Origin: Patescibacteria group bacterium
GTDB taxonomy: Bacteria; Patescibacteriota; Patescibacteriia; UM-FILTER-42-10
Length of the DNA stretch: 64,000 nt
Direction of reading: 5' to 3'
NCBI GenBank assembly: GCA_041666485.1
Contig: JBAYGW010000004.1
Coordinates: forward strand, 10,341 to 74,340
The notes under the pieces were generated by a model, which saw only the letters and a program-made list of their open reading frames with translations, searched no databases and was not told where the DNA came from. The translations under genes were made by a program, and so were the position numbers. This document shows, piece by piece, positions 47,987 to 59,382 of this stretch; within the stretch, counting starts at the first letter, position 1, and each line of letters starts with the position of its first letter.

Positions 47987-49208
47987 AATTTGTTGGTTTT
48001 AGTTTAAATATTATTAGTAAAATTATTGCTGATAAAAACATGCTTGTGAGTGCACTATATGCAGCACCTATTGAACCATATCGCGGGATTAGCCACAAAT
48101 TGCTGCCAATGTTTATTACTACATTAAAGCATGTTACATACAAGGCGGTTCTTTGTCTATTGGTGGACGAAAGGAGCACTCCTAAGAAATTTGTTAAAAA
48201 TGCAAATGGAAGAACAAAACCAAGAACTTGCAACGATGAAGATCCCGGTAAATATTCTTTACCGTATACAATTGAAATAAGCCATTCCGCGCTAAAATAA
48301 ATCCCGATAGCCATTGCAATACCAGTAGCAAATTGAATAAGTAGCCAGATATTTATTTTCCGTTTTAGAAGATGCAATTCTTTATGTTGTCTAGATAGTA
48401 CTGGGTAAATTGAGGCATTAGCTAAACTAGGAAATAGCATTGAAATAAAGAGGAAATTATATGCTGCGCTATACCATCCGGTTTCCACATCTCCTTTTAT
48501 CCAGGAAACCATAACTGTATCAATATTAAAATATGCGGTGACAAAAATTCCGGATAGTGCAAAGGGCCATCCTTCCTTAACTAAAAACAAAAAAGTTTGC
48601 TTATCAAATTTGAAATTAAATTTAGTAAAAAATTTCTTGATCCAGCGGATTGACATTAGGAATGTTACCGCTGAAGCAAAAACAAAACCAAAAATCAACA
48701 CGGTCATATCCTTGATGTAGATACTTGCAAATATTACGTATAAAACCAGAATGATACTTTCTATCAGCTTCAGCAGTGTTTCAAACTTCATTTTTTCAAA
48801 TGCGCGGTAGATTGATTTAGAAAATGTGTTATAGGAATTAAAAACGACATATAATGACAAGACATAAACTAGCAAATTTACTTCAGCCGGTTTGTTAGTA
48901 AAGATTGTTGAAATAAAGATGAGTATGATAGTCAGAATGCTCAGAAAAATTTTTAAAATAAAGCTGTTGCCGATCAGTTTATCCGCACTGTCTTTATCTC
49001 GGGCAACTTCACGAATTATCAAGTTATTTATGCCAAAATCAGCAATCACCGAAAAAATTATTACGAATGATATCGCGTAGTTGAATTGCCCGAATAAATC
49101 TGTGCCGAATGATCTTGCAATAATTATTGTAACCAGAAAAAAGACACCTTTATTCAGCAATTCCGCGACAACCAGCCAGCTGGCATTTTTAAAAATACTT
49201 TTTAGCAT
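47955..49208 (-). CDS. Wzx-type flippase (second copy)
   Basis: ARSFGTDLFGQF, IDTVMVS...ETGWYSAA, NLWLIPRYG. Confidence 0.9.
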   Translation of the reverse strand: MLKSIFKNASWLVVAELLNKGVFFLVTIIIARSFGTDLFGQFNYAISFVIIFSVIADFGINNLIIREVARDKDSADKLIGNSFILKIFLSILTIILIFISTIFTNKPAEVNLLVYVLSLYVVFNSYNTFSKSIYRAFEKMKFETLLKLIESIILVLYVIFASIYIKDMTVLIFGFVFASAVTFLMSIRWIKKFFTKFNFKFDKQTFLFLVKEGWPFALSGIFVTAYFNIDTVMVSWIKGDVETGWYSAAYNFLFISMLFPSLANASIYPVLSRQHKELHLLKRKINIWLLIQFATGIAMAIGIYFSAEWLISIVYGKEYLPGSSSLQVLGFVLPFAFLTNFLGVLLSSTNRQRTALYVTCFNVVINIGSNLWLIPRYGSIGAAYSALTSMFLSAIILLIIFKLKPTNYETSRPEGIR

Positions 49209-49210
49209 AT

Positions 49211-50251
49211 CTATTTATATATCATATCTTTCATCGATACTGGAAAACGCTTGAACCATGTTGCTACTGTTTTTAAATCCGTTGTTTTGTTTTTTTGAAT
49301 GAGTGATCTTTTTTTAAGCATATTGTGCATATATCTAATAACGCTGCCCCATCCTTGCAAAGTTATTTTTATTGGCAAAAGTGGGCTGGTGTTTTTTGAT
49401 AATTCATGAGAAGGACCTTTCTTGATTCTAATACTGTTAAATAGTAGTAGATATCGGTATGGTGTGAGTAGGACAGCTCTCCAAAAATATTTTGCCGGCA
49501 AATCCTTAATAATAATAAAAAATCTGTTTCTGTTTATATAGTATGATTTAAATGGAGAAAATGATTTTGACGTTGCCGAATGAATATGATGGACAATAGC
49601 ATTTGGACAAGCAAACGAAATCCAACCTTTTAGCCTTAATCGCCAGTCTAAATCAAAATCTTCATAGTAAGCAAAAAATATTTTATCAAAAACCTCGTCT
49701 TCAATCATTGCATCTTCTAACGCTTCTTTTCTAAAAAGAGCAGCACCGGCGCATACTCCAAAAATTTCTTCTTCTTCATCATATTGATGATTGTCAATTT
49801 CTTTAGAACCTCTTCCTAAACCACCGCCGTCAATTCCCACTGTAACACCAATACTATCAATTAGATTATTTTGATGATAATAAATCATCTTAGGTGCAAT
49901 TGACCCGATTTGTTTATTTGATTCTGCAAGCCGGACAAGATTGGCCAAAAATTTATTATCTGCCTTTGTGTCATTGTTTAGAGTTACTACATATTTAATT
50001 TCAGCGTCTTTAAATATTTCGCGTAATGCTATGTTATTACCTTCAGCAAAACCGACATTTTTATTCAATTGAATAATTTTTGTATCGGGAAAACTGGATT
50101 TAATGAATGCTACCGAATCATCTTCTGAACCATTATCAACAAAATACACATCAAAATTTCTAAAAGTTTGATTCTGAATAGCAGTGAAACAATCTTTCAA
50201 ATAAGAATAACCATTCCAGTTAACTATAATTATAGCAACTTTATCTATCAT
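49211..50251 (-). CDS. GT2 glycosyltransferase
   Basis: IVNWNG, VDNGSED, LNND, FFAYYEDFD. Confidence 0.9.
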   Translation of the reverse strand: MIDKVAIIIVNWNGYSYLKDCFTAIQNQTFRNFDVYFVDNGSEDDSVAFIKSSFPDTKIIQLNKNVGFAEGNNIALREIFKDAEIKYVVTLNNDTKADNKFLANLVRLAESNKQIGSIAPKMIYYHQNNLIDSIGVTVGIDGGGLGRGSKEIDNHQYDEEEEIFGVCAGAALFRKEALEDAMIEDEVFDKIFFAYYEDFDLDWRLRLKGWISFACPNAIVHHIHSATSKSFSPFKSYYINRNRFFIIIKDLPAKYFWRAVLLTPYRYLLLFNSIRIKKGPSHELSKNTSPLLPIKITLQGWGSVIRYMHNMLKKRSLIQKNKTTDLKTVATWFKRFPVSMKDMIYK

Positions 50252-50966
50252 TTTTTCGAGCTATTACAATTATCTCACCAAAGTATGGATAGAGTTTAGC
50301 CGGTATTAAATTAACTAAAAAATCCATTATCTTCCATAATATGTTGAATTTTGAAAAGAAACCTGAAAATATAATTGAATTGTATGTTTTGATATTTTCA
50401 ATTTGAAAACCATTATCCCTTAATTTATTACTGAGATATTTTGGATCGTAGTATCTCAAATGTCCTTCATGGTATTTTTTTGTAATCAGCTCAGAAAACC
50501 AACCAGAGAAGGGGACTTCTATAATTATTTTTGTATTATCACTTGATGCTTGATGAACACTCTTAATTAACTTATCAGGATTAAAGGCATGTTCCAACAC
50601 ATCTAACATAACTATTGTATCAATTTCGCCGACATCAGGAATATTTTTTCCATCAAAGAGTAGAAAACTTAATTTATTATTATTGTTTGATTTGTTATTC
50701 TCGTCTATTACAGTCTTAGAAATATCAATACCTACGCCATTATTAATTTTGTGTATAATCTTTTTTAAAAATAATCCTTTTGAACAACCAATATCAAGGA
50801 CTTTATTTTTTGAAGAAAAATTATAAAGAGTTTCAACTCTTTTTATTTTAATGTCCATTTTTTTTTCCTGATCCGTGCTGTGTTGCCTAATAGATGAATT
50901 ATTGTAAAAATTTATCAGTTTACTTTCCACTTCAGAGTTGAATGTGTATTCAAAATATTTTTTCAT
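50241..50966 (-). CDS. Class I SAM-dependent methyltransferase
   Basis: VLDIGCSKG, DVLEH, EVP, HLRYY. Confidence 0.9.
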   Translation of the reverse strand: MKKYFEYTFNSEVESKLINFYNNSSIRQHSTDQEKKMDIKIKRVETLYNFSSKNKVLDIGCSKGLFLKKIIHKINNGVGIDISKTVIDENNKSNNNNKLSFLLFDGKNIPDVGEIDTIVMLDVLEHAFNPDKLIKSVHQASSDNTKIIIEVPFSGWFSELITKKYHEGHLRYYDPKYLSNKLRDNGFQIENIKTYNSIIFSGFFSKFNILWKIMDFLVNLIPAKLYPYFGEIIVIARKNDR

Positions 50967-50970
50967 TTTT

Positions 50971-52101
50971 TTATATTAAAGCTAAATGTTCTTTTGCGAT
51001 TATCGTAGGGGAATAATTTTCCAATAATTTATTGTTATATTCAATAAATGAACTGATTAATTTTTTATTGTGAATGATTGTATTTATTGCATTTGCGAGC
51101 AAAGTCTCATTTTCCGGATCAACAAGCAAACCATTTTTCATGTTCTCAATAATGTCGGTCTGCCCACCATAATTTGTTGCAACAATGGGCAATCCTGCCT
51201 GCATCGCTTCTAAAATTACAATACCAAGACCCTCATGGATGGAGCTCAGCACGTAAACATCGGCAATGTGCAAATATTGAAATTTATTTATATCATCAAG
51301 TGCGCCAAGAAAATGAACCCGTTCCGCCACATTTTCATCATCTGATAGTGACCTTAAATTATCTGATTCAGGACCGTCTCCGATTAGTAATAATTCAATA
51401 TTATTATCAAGATATTTCAATGACTTGATTAAATAATCAAATCCCTTTCTTTTAACTAACCGACCGACTGAAATCAAATATTTTTTATCGGTATCTAATT
51501 TCAAATCATCTCTGTTAAGAGGTATATATTCAGTTATTTCATAAGCAAGCGGTATTACTTTAACTGTGCATTTTGGTTTATATAGTTTAAGTGTATTTGA
51601 ACTAGTATTATTGGACTGAGCAACCACCGCATCGGCTCGATTTAATATGAATCGTATTATGGATCTGTAGTACCAGCGTCTATGGGGGGAGTTGTTTTTT
51701 GAAGGATCGTAAATGTCTCCGCCATGAACTGATAAGATGTTTTTTATGCTAAATAATTTTGAAAGCAGATATCCAACCGGTCCGGTAGGGACTACAAAAT
51801 GGGTATTGATAAAATCGTATTTGTTTTTCCTGCAAAGTGTAAAGCCTTTTAAAAATCCAAACACAACAAAAGAAAACATTGAGATAAATGATGCGGTTGA
51901 TAAATATTTTCTGCCAAAAGTTTTAACTCTGTAAAGATTAATGTCGTCAATTTGATCATACTTTTTTAATCCAGAAAATCTAGATGTCACATAATCAACA
52001 TGATGTCCGTTAGCGATAAATCCTTTAGCAAGTTTGTGGGCGGCAACGCCACCGCCACCGCCCAATGGCGGGAATTCGTAGTTAAGTATCAGAATTCTCA
52101 T
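50971..52101 (-). CDS. GT4 glycosyltransferase
   Basis: YEFPPLGGG, GRLVKRKG, EGLGIVILEAM. Confidence 0.92.
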   Translation of the reverse strand: MRILILNYEFPPLGGGGGVAAHKLAKGFIANGHHVDYVTSRFSGLKKYDQIDDINLYRVKTFGRKYLSTASFISMFSFVVFGFLKGFTLCRKNKYDFINTHFVVPTGPVGYLLSKLFSIKNILSVHGGDIYDPSKNNSPHRRWYYRSIIRFILNRADAVVAQSNNTSSNTLKLYKPKCTVKVIPLAYEITEYIPLNRDDLKLDTDKKYLISVGRLVKRKGFDYLIKSLKYLDNNIELLLIGDGPESDNLRSLSDDENVAERVHFLGALDDINKFQYLHIADVYVLSSIHEGLGIVILEAMQAGLPIVATNYGGQTDIIENMKNGLLVDPENETLLANAINTIIHNKKLISSFIEYNNKLLENYSPTIIAKEHLALI

Positions 52102-53053
52102 TTCTATCCTTATTCACAATTACTTCTTTGATTGAATAGATTGTGCGCTTGCGATCGTAAAATGTTTTGACTGCAATATCGGCAAGCAGTCCCGATACGA
52201 AAAGCTGTATACCGGTTAGCATCAGAAATACGGCAATCAAGGGCCAGATACTGTTTTGGAGTGCTATCTTGCCCATAATCCTGGCTATGGCCAGATAAAT
52301 CCCGAGCAGTACACCGGCTGTACCTAAAAATGCTCCCATTGTGCCGAAAAGATGCAAAGGACGGCCGGAATACTTGCGCCAGAACCAGACGGAAATCATA
52401 TCTATCAGTCCTTTTATTACACGCTTCCAGTTGTATTTTGTTTTGCCGGTAGTTCTGGGTCGGTGGTTTACTTTTACTTCACCAATTCTGAAACCCTGCC
52501 ATTTCAACATTCCCGGGATGAATCTGTGTATCTCACCGTATAGGGTTATATTTTCAAAACACTCACTTCTGAATGCTTTAAGCGTGCAACCGGAATCATG
52601 GATCTGGTCATTGATAAAGAATTTTCTTAAGTAATCCGCTCCGCGTGAGACAAATCTTTTGGAGAAATCATCTTTACGGTCAAATCTCCATCCGGAAACA
52701 ACATCATACCCCTCAGTCATTTTGGCAAGTAGGGTGGGAATATCTTTTGGATCGTTCTGACCGTCACCATCCATGGTAATAAATATCTCGCCTTCAGCAT
52801 TTTTGAATCCGGCATCCATCGCGGCCGTCTGACCGAAATTTTTCCTGAAATGGATGATTTTGATAGGGGAAAGTGTCTTTAGTTTTTCTAAAGTATGATC
52901 AATTGAACCGTCATCAACAAATACTATTTCGTATGGTTCATTTATACTTTCCATTACTGATTTGATTTCAGTGAATAATGGTTGTACAGCGTCCTGTTCA
53001 TTATAAACAGGGACAATTATGGAATATTTATATTTTTTTTCTGCATTACTCAT
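52082..53053 (-). CDS. ArnC-like polyprenyl-phosphate GT2 glycosyltransferase
   Basis: NFGQTAA, DGDGQNDP, DSGCTLKA, HRFIP, 2 TMs. Confidence 0.9.
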   Translation of the reverse strand: MSNAEKKYKYSIIVPVYNEQDAVQPLFTEIKSVMESINEPYEIVFVDDGSIDHTLEKLKTLSPIKIIHFRKNFGQTAAMDAGFKNAEGEIFITMDGDGQNDPKDIPTLLAKMTEGYDVVSGWRFDRKDDFSKRFVSRGADYLRKFFINDQIHDSGCTLKAFRSECFENITLYGEIHRFIPGMLKWQGFRIGEVKVNHRPRTTGKTKYNWKRVIKGLIDMISVWFWRKYSGRPLHLFGTMGAFLGTAGVLLGIYLAIARIMGKIALQNSIWPLIAVFLMLTGIQLFVSGLLADIAVKTFYDRKRTIYSIKEVIVNKDRNENSDT

Positions 53054-53058
53054 AGTAT

Positions 53059-54012
53059 TTATTTATAATATTCTTTATACCACTGAATAAAATGATGAAT
53101 ACCTTCTTCAATATTTATTTTAGGTGTAAACCTGAGCATTTTTTTCGCCTTACTGATATCAGCATGCGTTTTTTCTACATCACCGGCTTGCATTGGAAGC
53201 ATATTTATTTTCGCTTTCAAACCAAGCTCTTTTTCCATTATTCCGATAAAATATTTTAAATCAACAGTATGAGAATTGCCTAAATTAAAAATCTCATATT
53301 TATGCGGAAGCTTCAGCGCACTTATCACGCCGTCAATTACATCATCAATATAAGTAAAATCGCGGTGATGCTTGCCGAAGTTATATACGTCAATTTTTTC
53401 TCCTGCGATGATTTTTTTTGTGAATTTAAAATATGCCATGTCCGGACGGCCGTATGGCCCATAGGCAGTGAAAAAGCGCAAGCCGGTAACATTTAAACCG
53501 TAAAGTTTGTGATATACATGCGCTAATAGCTCACAGGATTTTTTGGTTGCAGCATAAACAGAAATAGGAGAATCTACAAGATCACTTTCTGAGAATGGTA
53601 TTTTTTTATTGCCTCCATATACAGACGATGATGAAGCAAATACAAAATTACTTATTTTGTAGTCTTTTGCCAGCTCCAATAGATTTAAAGTACCTCGGAT
53701 ATTTACATCTTGGTAAATAAACGGATCTTCAATAGATGCTCTAACGCCTGCACGAGCCGCAAGATGGCAAATTCGGTCAATTTTGTGCTCCTTAAATATT
53801 TGTTTTAATCGGTCATAATCTCTGATATCTGTCCGATATATTGGAAACTCAAATTTGCCCAGGAGTTTATTTATCCGGTCTTCTTTTAGTTGTGGATCGT
53901 AATAATCGTTGAAATCATCAACACAGATAATGTTTTCACCGTTTTCAATCAACCTTTTGATTGTATGCGAACCAATAAACCCTGCACCACCGGTTACGAG
54001 TGTCGTTGTCAT
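53059..54012 (-). CDS. UDP-glucuronate 4-epimerase-like SDR
   Basis: HLAARAGVR, ASSSSVYG, YAATKK, GRPDMA, RDFTYIDD. Confidence 0.88.
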   Translation of the reverse strand: MTTTLVTGGAGFIGSHTIKRLIENGENIICVDDFNDYYDPQLKEDRINKLLGKFEFPIYRTDIRDYDRLKQIFKEHKIDRICHLAARAGVRASIEDPFIYQDVNIRGTLNLLELAKDYKISNFVFASSSSVYGGNKKIPFSESDLVDSPISVYAATKKSCELLAHVYHKLYGLNVTGLRFFTAYGPYGRPDMAYFKFTKKIIAGEKIDVYNFGKHHRDFTYIDDVIDGVISALKLPHKYEIFNLGNSHTVDLKYFIGIMEKELGLKAKINMLPMQAGDVEKTHADISKAKKMLRFTPKINIEEGIHHFIQWYKEYYK

Positions 54013-54131
54013 TCGGTATCGAAATTAGTTATTTTACTCTGAGATTATACAAATTTTATCAGTTTTTGGCAACTTATTATTGCTTAGCACAAAACAGGGA
54101 ATTAATGTCTAGCAAATACCTGATTTATCAG

Positions 54132-55316
54132 CTAAATTATTTTGTATTTTTTCCCAACTTTTTCAAACGCGGAAATTGCCTGATCAAGATCACTTTTTGA
54201 GTGCGCAGCGGATATTTGTACTCTGATTCTGGCTTTGCCCTGCGGAACAACCGGATAGTAGAATCCAATAACATAAATTCCTTCAGCCAATAAATCTTCA
54301 GCCATTTTTTGAGCTAGCTCCGCTTCATACAGCATGATAGGAACGATCGGGTGAATTCCTTCCTTGATATCAAATCCTAATTTGGTCATCTTGTCACGGA
54401 AATATTTGGCATTATCTATTACTGTTTCACGGAAAGACGAATTCTTTTGAATGATTCCCAAAATTGCAATTGATGTTGCGGTAACCAGCGGAGACAGGGA
54501 ATTGGAAAAGAGATATGTTCTGGAACGTTGCCTCAGAAGATCAATAATTTCTTTTCTGCCGGAAATAAAACCGCCGGACGAACCGCCCAGAGCTTTGCCG
54601 AGCGTGCCGGTCACTAAATCTACTTTGTCGGAGACTCCGTAATACTCCGGTGTACCCTTGCCGTTTTCGCCGATAAACCCGCTGGCATGTGAATCATCCA
54701 CAACTACCAGCGCTTCGTATTTTTCCGCCAGTTCACAGATAGATTTAATATCCGCAATATGGCCGTCCATGCTGAACACGCCGTCCGTTGCAATTACTTT
54801 TCTGCGGGAATCTTTACTTTCAATCAGTTTCGCTTCCAGATCATTCATATCCATATGCCGGAATATTTTTCGTTCTGCTTTACTGAGTCGTACGCCGTCA
54901 ATGATACTGGCATGGTTCAGTTCGTCAGAGATAATAACATCTTCTTTGCTGGTGATGGTTTCAAACAGGCCGGTGTTGGCGTCAAAACAGGAGGAATACA
55001 ATATCGTATCTTCTGTGCCGAGAAATTCTGAAAGTTTATTTTCCAACTTTTTATGAATAGTTTGTGTACCACAGATAAATCGGACGGACGATAAACCATA
55101 GCCCCACTGGTCCAAGGCATTTTTTGTGGCTGAAATAACCTCCGGATTGTTGGAAAGGCCGAGATAATTATTGGCGCAGAAATTCAAAAGTTCTTTGCCG
55201 TTGGCAATTATCTTAGCGCCCTGCGGTGTTTCCAGCACGCGTTCATTTTTATAAAGATTATTATCTTTAATTGACTGCACTTCAGCAATAAAGCCGGCTT
55301 TTGTAGTACGATCCAT
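54132..55316 (-). CDS. kbl: Glycine C-acetyltransferase (2-amino-3-ketobutyrate CoA ligase)
   Basis: NFCANNYLGL, SVRFICGTQ, TLGKALGG, RQRSR.YLFSN, ARIRVQISAAH. Confidence 0.9.
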   Translation of the reverse strand: MDRTTKAGFIAEVQSIKDNNLYKNERVLETPQGAKIIANGKELLNFCANNYLGLSNNPEVISATKNALDQWGYGLSSVRFICGTQTIHKKLENKLSEFLGTEDTILYSSCFDANTGLFETITSKEDVIISDELNHASIIDGVRLSKAERKIFRHMDMNDLEAKLIESKDSRRKVIATDGVFSMDGHIADIKSICELAEKYEALVVVDDSHASGFIGENGKGTPEYYGVSDKVDLVTGTLGKALGGSSGGFISGRKEIIDLLRQRSRTYLFSNSLSPLVTATSIAILGIIQKNSSFRETVIDNAKYFRDKMTKLGFDIKEGIHPIVPIMLYEAELAQKMAEDLLAEGIYVIGFYYPVVPQGKARIRVQISAAHSKSDLDQAISAFEKVGKKYKII

Positions 55317-55583
55317 ATATTTACTATTATTGAATTAATTAAACCAAAACTCTTTCATGGAAACTGAAAGTATAAATGCGTTGCAATGATTACCGCAAAT
55401 ATATGAAGTATTATATCAATATCCCGGATGTTTTAGTAGTGTATAACTATATACAATATTTTATAAATGGATGATTTTGACTAAGAGAACAAAAATTAGT
55501 AAAATGTAGGTTGTTGTTAGTATATATTTAAAGAAAATTGCAGGCCATTTCGAAGCATTATTAAGCAAAATAATGAAAAAACT

Positions 55584-56306
55584 ATGAAAGGAATTATATT
55601 AGCGGGCGGACAGGCGACCAGACTGCGCCCTTTGACTCTGGTGACCAATAAACATCTTTTGCCGGTGTACGACAAACCGATGATTTATTATCCTCTGTTG
55701 ACTCTGGCAAATGCCGGTATCAAGGATATCATGATTATTTCCGGTAAGGGACACGCCGGCCACTTTTTAGAACTGTTGCGCTCCGGCGAGGAATTCGGTG
55801 TTAGACTTTCCTATGGCGTGCAGGAGGAGGCCGGCGGGATTGCGCAGGCGCTGGCTTTGTGTCGGGATTTTGCGGATGAAGACAAGATAGCGGTGATTCT
55901 TGGTGATAATATATTTGAAGACAATGTGGCGAAAAAAGCCGCTCAAGATTTTGAACAGCAGGAGAAGGGCGCTAAAATATTTCTAAAAGAGGTTCCGGAC
56001 CCGGAGCGTTTTGGCGTGGCGGAAATCAGCGGCGATAAAATACTGGGCATTGAAGAAAAGCCAAAAAGTCCAAAAAGTTCCATGGCAGTAGTTGGACTGT
56101 ATATGTATGACAATCAAGTGTGGAAGGTGATTGAAAATCTGAAGCCGTCGGGCAGGGGAGAGCTGGAAATTACGGATGTGAATAATTATTATATTAATCA
56201 GGGGACAATGACTTATGAAGTGCTGAGCGGACTATGGACCGACGCGGGTACTTTTGATTCCCTTTATCGCGCTAATAAAATTGTAGCGGAAAGAAATAAA
56301 CAATAA
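55584..56306 (+). CDS. rmlA: Glucose-1-phosphate thymidylyltransferase (short, SpsI-like)
   Basis: GIILAGG..TRL.P, KHLLPVYDKPMIYYP, RGELEITD, WTDAGT. Confidence 0.9.
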   Translation: MKGIILAGGQATRLRPLTLVTNKHLLPVYDKPMIYYPLLTLANAGIKDIMIISGKGHAGHFLELLRSGEEFGVRLSYGVQEEAGGIAQALALCRDFADEDKIAVILGDNIFEDNVAKKAAQDFEQQEKGAKIFLKEVPDPERFGVAEISGDKILGIEEKPKSPKSSMAVVGLYMYDNQVWKVIENLKPSGRGELEITDVNNYYINQGTMTYEVLSGLWTDAGTFDSLYRANKIVAERNKQ

Positions 56307-56310
56307 TCAT

Positions 56311-56790
56311 ATGATTGACGGAGTAAAAATTAAAGAGTTAATTGTGCGCCAGGATATTCCTGATACGGATGAAGCCACGGAAAAACCGGGTTTTCTTATG
56401 GAAGTATTAAGGGATGACGAAAGTCTGTTGAAAAAATACGGGCAGACGACATTCACAGTCGCTTATAAAGGGACGATAAAAGCTTTTCATTATCATGAAA
56501 AACAGGATGATTTATGGTTTGTCGCGACCGGCAAAGCAATGATTGTGCTGTATGATTTGAGAGAAAGCTCGCCGACATTCGGGGAGACGCAGGTAATCAG
56601 CGCCGGGACAGATGATTATAAGCTGGTTGTTATCCCGATCGGTGTTGCGCATGGCTATAAAGTGCTGTCGGATGAGCCGGTATTGCTTTTTTACCACACG
56701 ACGGAGAGTTACAATGCTAACAATCCTGATGAGAAGCGCATGCCGTACAATGACCCGAAAGTGGGTTTTGACTGGAGTCGTAATTCATAA
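56311..56790 (+). CDS. rmlC: dTDP-4-dehydrorhamnose 3,5-epimerase family
   Basis: GTIKAFHYH, DLRESSPTFG, IPIGVAHGY. Confidence 0.85.
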   Translation: MIDGVKIKELIVRQDIPDTDEATEKPGFLMEVLRDDESLLKKYGQTTFTVAYKGTIKAFHYHEKQDDLWFVATGKAMIVLYDLRESSPTFGETQVISAGTDDYKLVVIPIGVAHGYKVLSDEPVLLFYHTTESYNANNPDEKRMPYNDPKVGFDWSRNS

Positions 56791-56857
56791 TTGAAAATGT
56801 ATTATGTATAATTGATTCAATTTCAATCTTACATTATGAATTATGCATTATTTATTC
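56789..56857. repeat. AT-rich heptamer-based palindromic repeat, copy 1
   Basis: aattgaaaatgtattatgtataattg...acattatgaattatgcattat; inverted relative to 59312-59382. Confidence 0.65.
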
Positions 56858-56886
56858 GCCACCTACAGTACTAATTAAAATAGATT

Positions 56887-57822
56887 ATGAAAATACACAT
56901 TTCAGGATCGCTTGCATATGACCGAATAATGGATTTCCCCGGACATTTTAAGGATCACATTTTGCCGGAAAAAGTGCATATGATTAATGTCAGTTTCGGG
57001 ATAAATGTATTAAAGGAAAATTTCGGCGGAACGGCGGGTAATATTGCATATTCCTTAAGATTGCTTGGTAGTGATCCGACGATTGTTGGCACAGCCGGTA
57101 GAGATTTCAGGCCGTATGCGGAGTGGTTGAAAAGAAATAAAATAAGCATGGCTGGGATTAAAATTATACCGTCCGAACTGACGGCCGGGGCATATATTAT
57201 TACTGACCGATCCAATAATCAGATTACGGCGTTTCATTTTGGCGCCATGTCACATTCCGTAGGGAAACTGGGCATGCCAAGTAAAGACAGTTTAGTTATT
57301 ATTTCCCCAGGCAATGCTTCAGATATGGTGAAAACGGTCAGAGCATGTAAAAAAGGTAAAATACCTTATATTTTTGACCCGGGTCAGCAAATACCGGCGT
57401 TGAACACAAAAGATCTTTTTTTCCTACTGAACGGTTCAAATATGTTTATTGTGAATGATTATGAATATGCATTGGTTACAAAAAGATTAAAGCTTAGTCA
57501 TGCAAAATTGATGAAAATGACCAACACGGCGATTGTTACCAAAGGTGAAAAAGGATCACAGGTTACCACCCAAAATAGCAATTTTTCCATAAAGGCAGTT
57601 ACACCGAGAAACGTGGTTGACCCGACCGGTGCAGGAGACGCATTTCGTTCCGGGCTGATTCATGGTATAATAAAAAAGTACCCATTAAAGAAAGCTGTTC
57701 AGCTGGCCACATTAGTGGCAACCTACCCGATTGAGCATCATGGTACCCAAGAACATCGGTTTACAAAAAAAGAGATTTCAAGCCGATTTGCGCATAATTT
57801 TAAAGCAAAATTAACTAATTAA
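56887..57822 (+). CDS. PfkB-family nucleoside kinase, bacterial adenosine kinase type
   Basis: SGSLAYDRIM.F.G.F..HILP...INVSF, GGTAGNIAY, FDPGQQ, DPTGAGDAF. Confidence 0.85.
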   Translation: MKIHISGSLAYDRIMDFPGHFKDHILPEKVHMINVSFGINVLKENFGGTAGNIAYSLRLLGSDPTIVGTAGRDFRPYAEWLKRNKISMAGIKIIPSELTAGAYIITDRSNNQITAFHFGAMSHSVGKLGMPSKDSLVIISPGNASDMVKTVRACKKGKIPYIFDPGQQIPALNTKDLFFLLNGSNMFIVNDYEYALVTKRLKLSHAKLMKMTNTAIVTKGEKGSQVTTQNSNFSIKAVTPRNVVDPTGAGDAFRSGLIHGIIKKYPLKKAVQLATLVATYPIEHHGTQEHRFTKKEISSRFAHNFKAKLTN

Positions 57823-57829
57823 TAAATAA

Positions 57830-57955
57830 ATGAGCTCTATGAATCTCTCATTTTCCAAACAAAGCCCGACAACGAAAGTACTGGTCATAGTACTTGGTCT
57901 AGCATTGCTTGCATTCCTGGTTTTCGGAGTCATCACAGTAGTTCTGGGTAAATAA
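57830..57955 (+). CDS. Small single-TM protein (41 aa)
   Basis: MSSMNLSFSKQSPTTKVLVIVLGLALLAFLVFGVITVVLGK*; below ORF-track cutoff. Confidence 0.5.
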   Translation: MSSMNLSFSKQSPTTKVLVIVLGLALLAFLVFGVITVVLGK

Positions 57956-58024
57956 ATTCGCTAAATCAAATGCAAAAAGTAGGGGGCTGCTCCTCTGCTT
58001 TTGTGTCTTAAAATCATTAATTAA

Positions 58025-59311
<1,287 letters not shown>

Positions 59312-59314
<3 letters not shown>

Positions 59315-59382
59315 ATAATGCATAATGCATAATTAATAATGTATAATTTAATCAATTAATTATACATATTACATTTTAAATT
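59312..59382. repeat. AT-rich heptamer-based palindromic repeat, copy 2
   Basis: ataatgc-ataatgc-ataatta-ataatgt-ataattt...aattatacatattacattttaaatt. Confidence 0.65.

Noticed and set aside
54132-55316. Serine palmitoyltransferase or BioF assignment
   Set aside because: SVRFICGTQ, NFCANNYLGL and RQRSR.YLFSN are Kbl-type motifs
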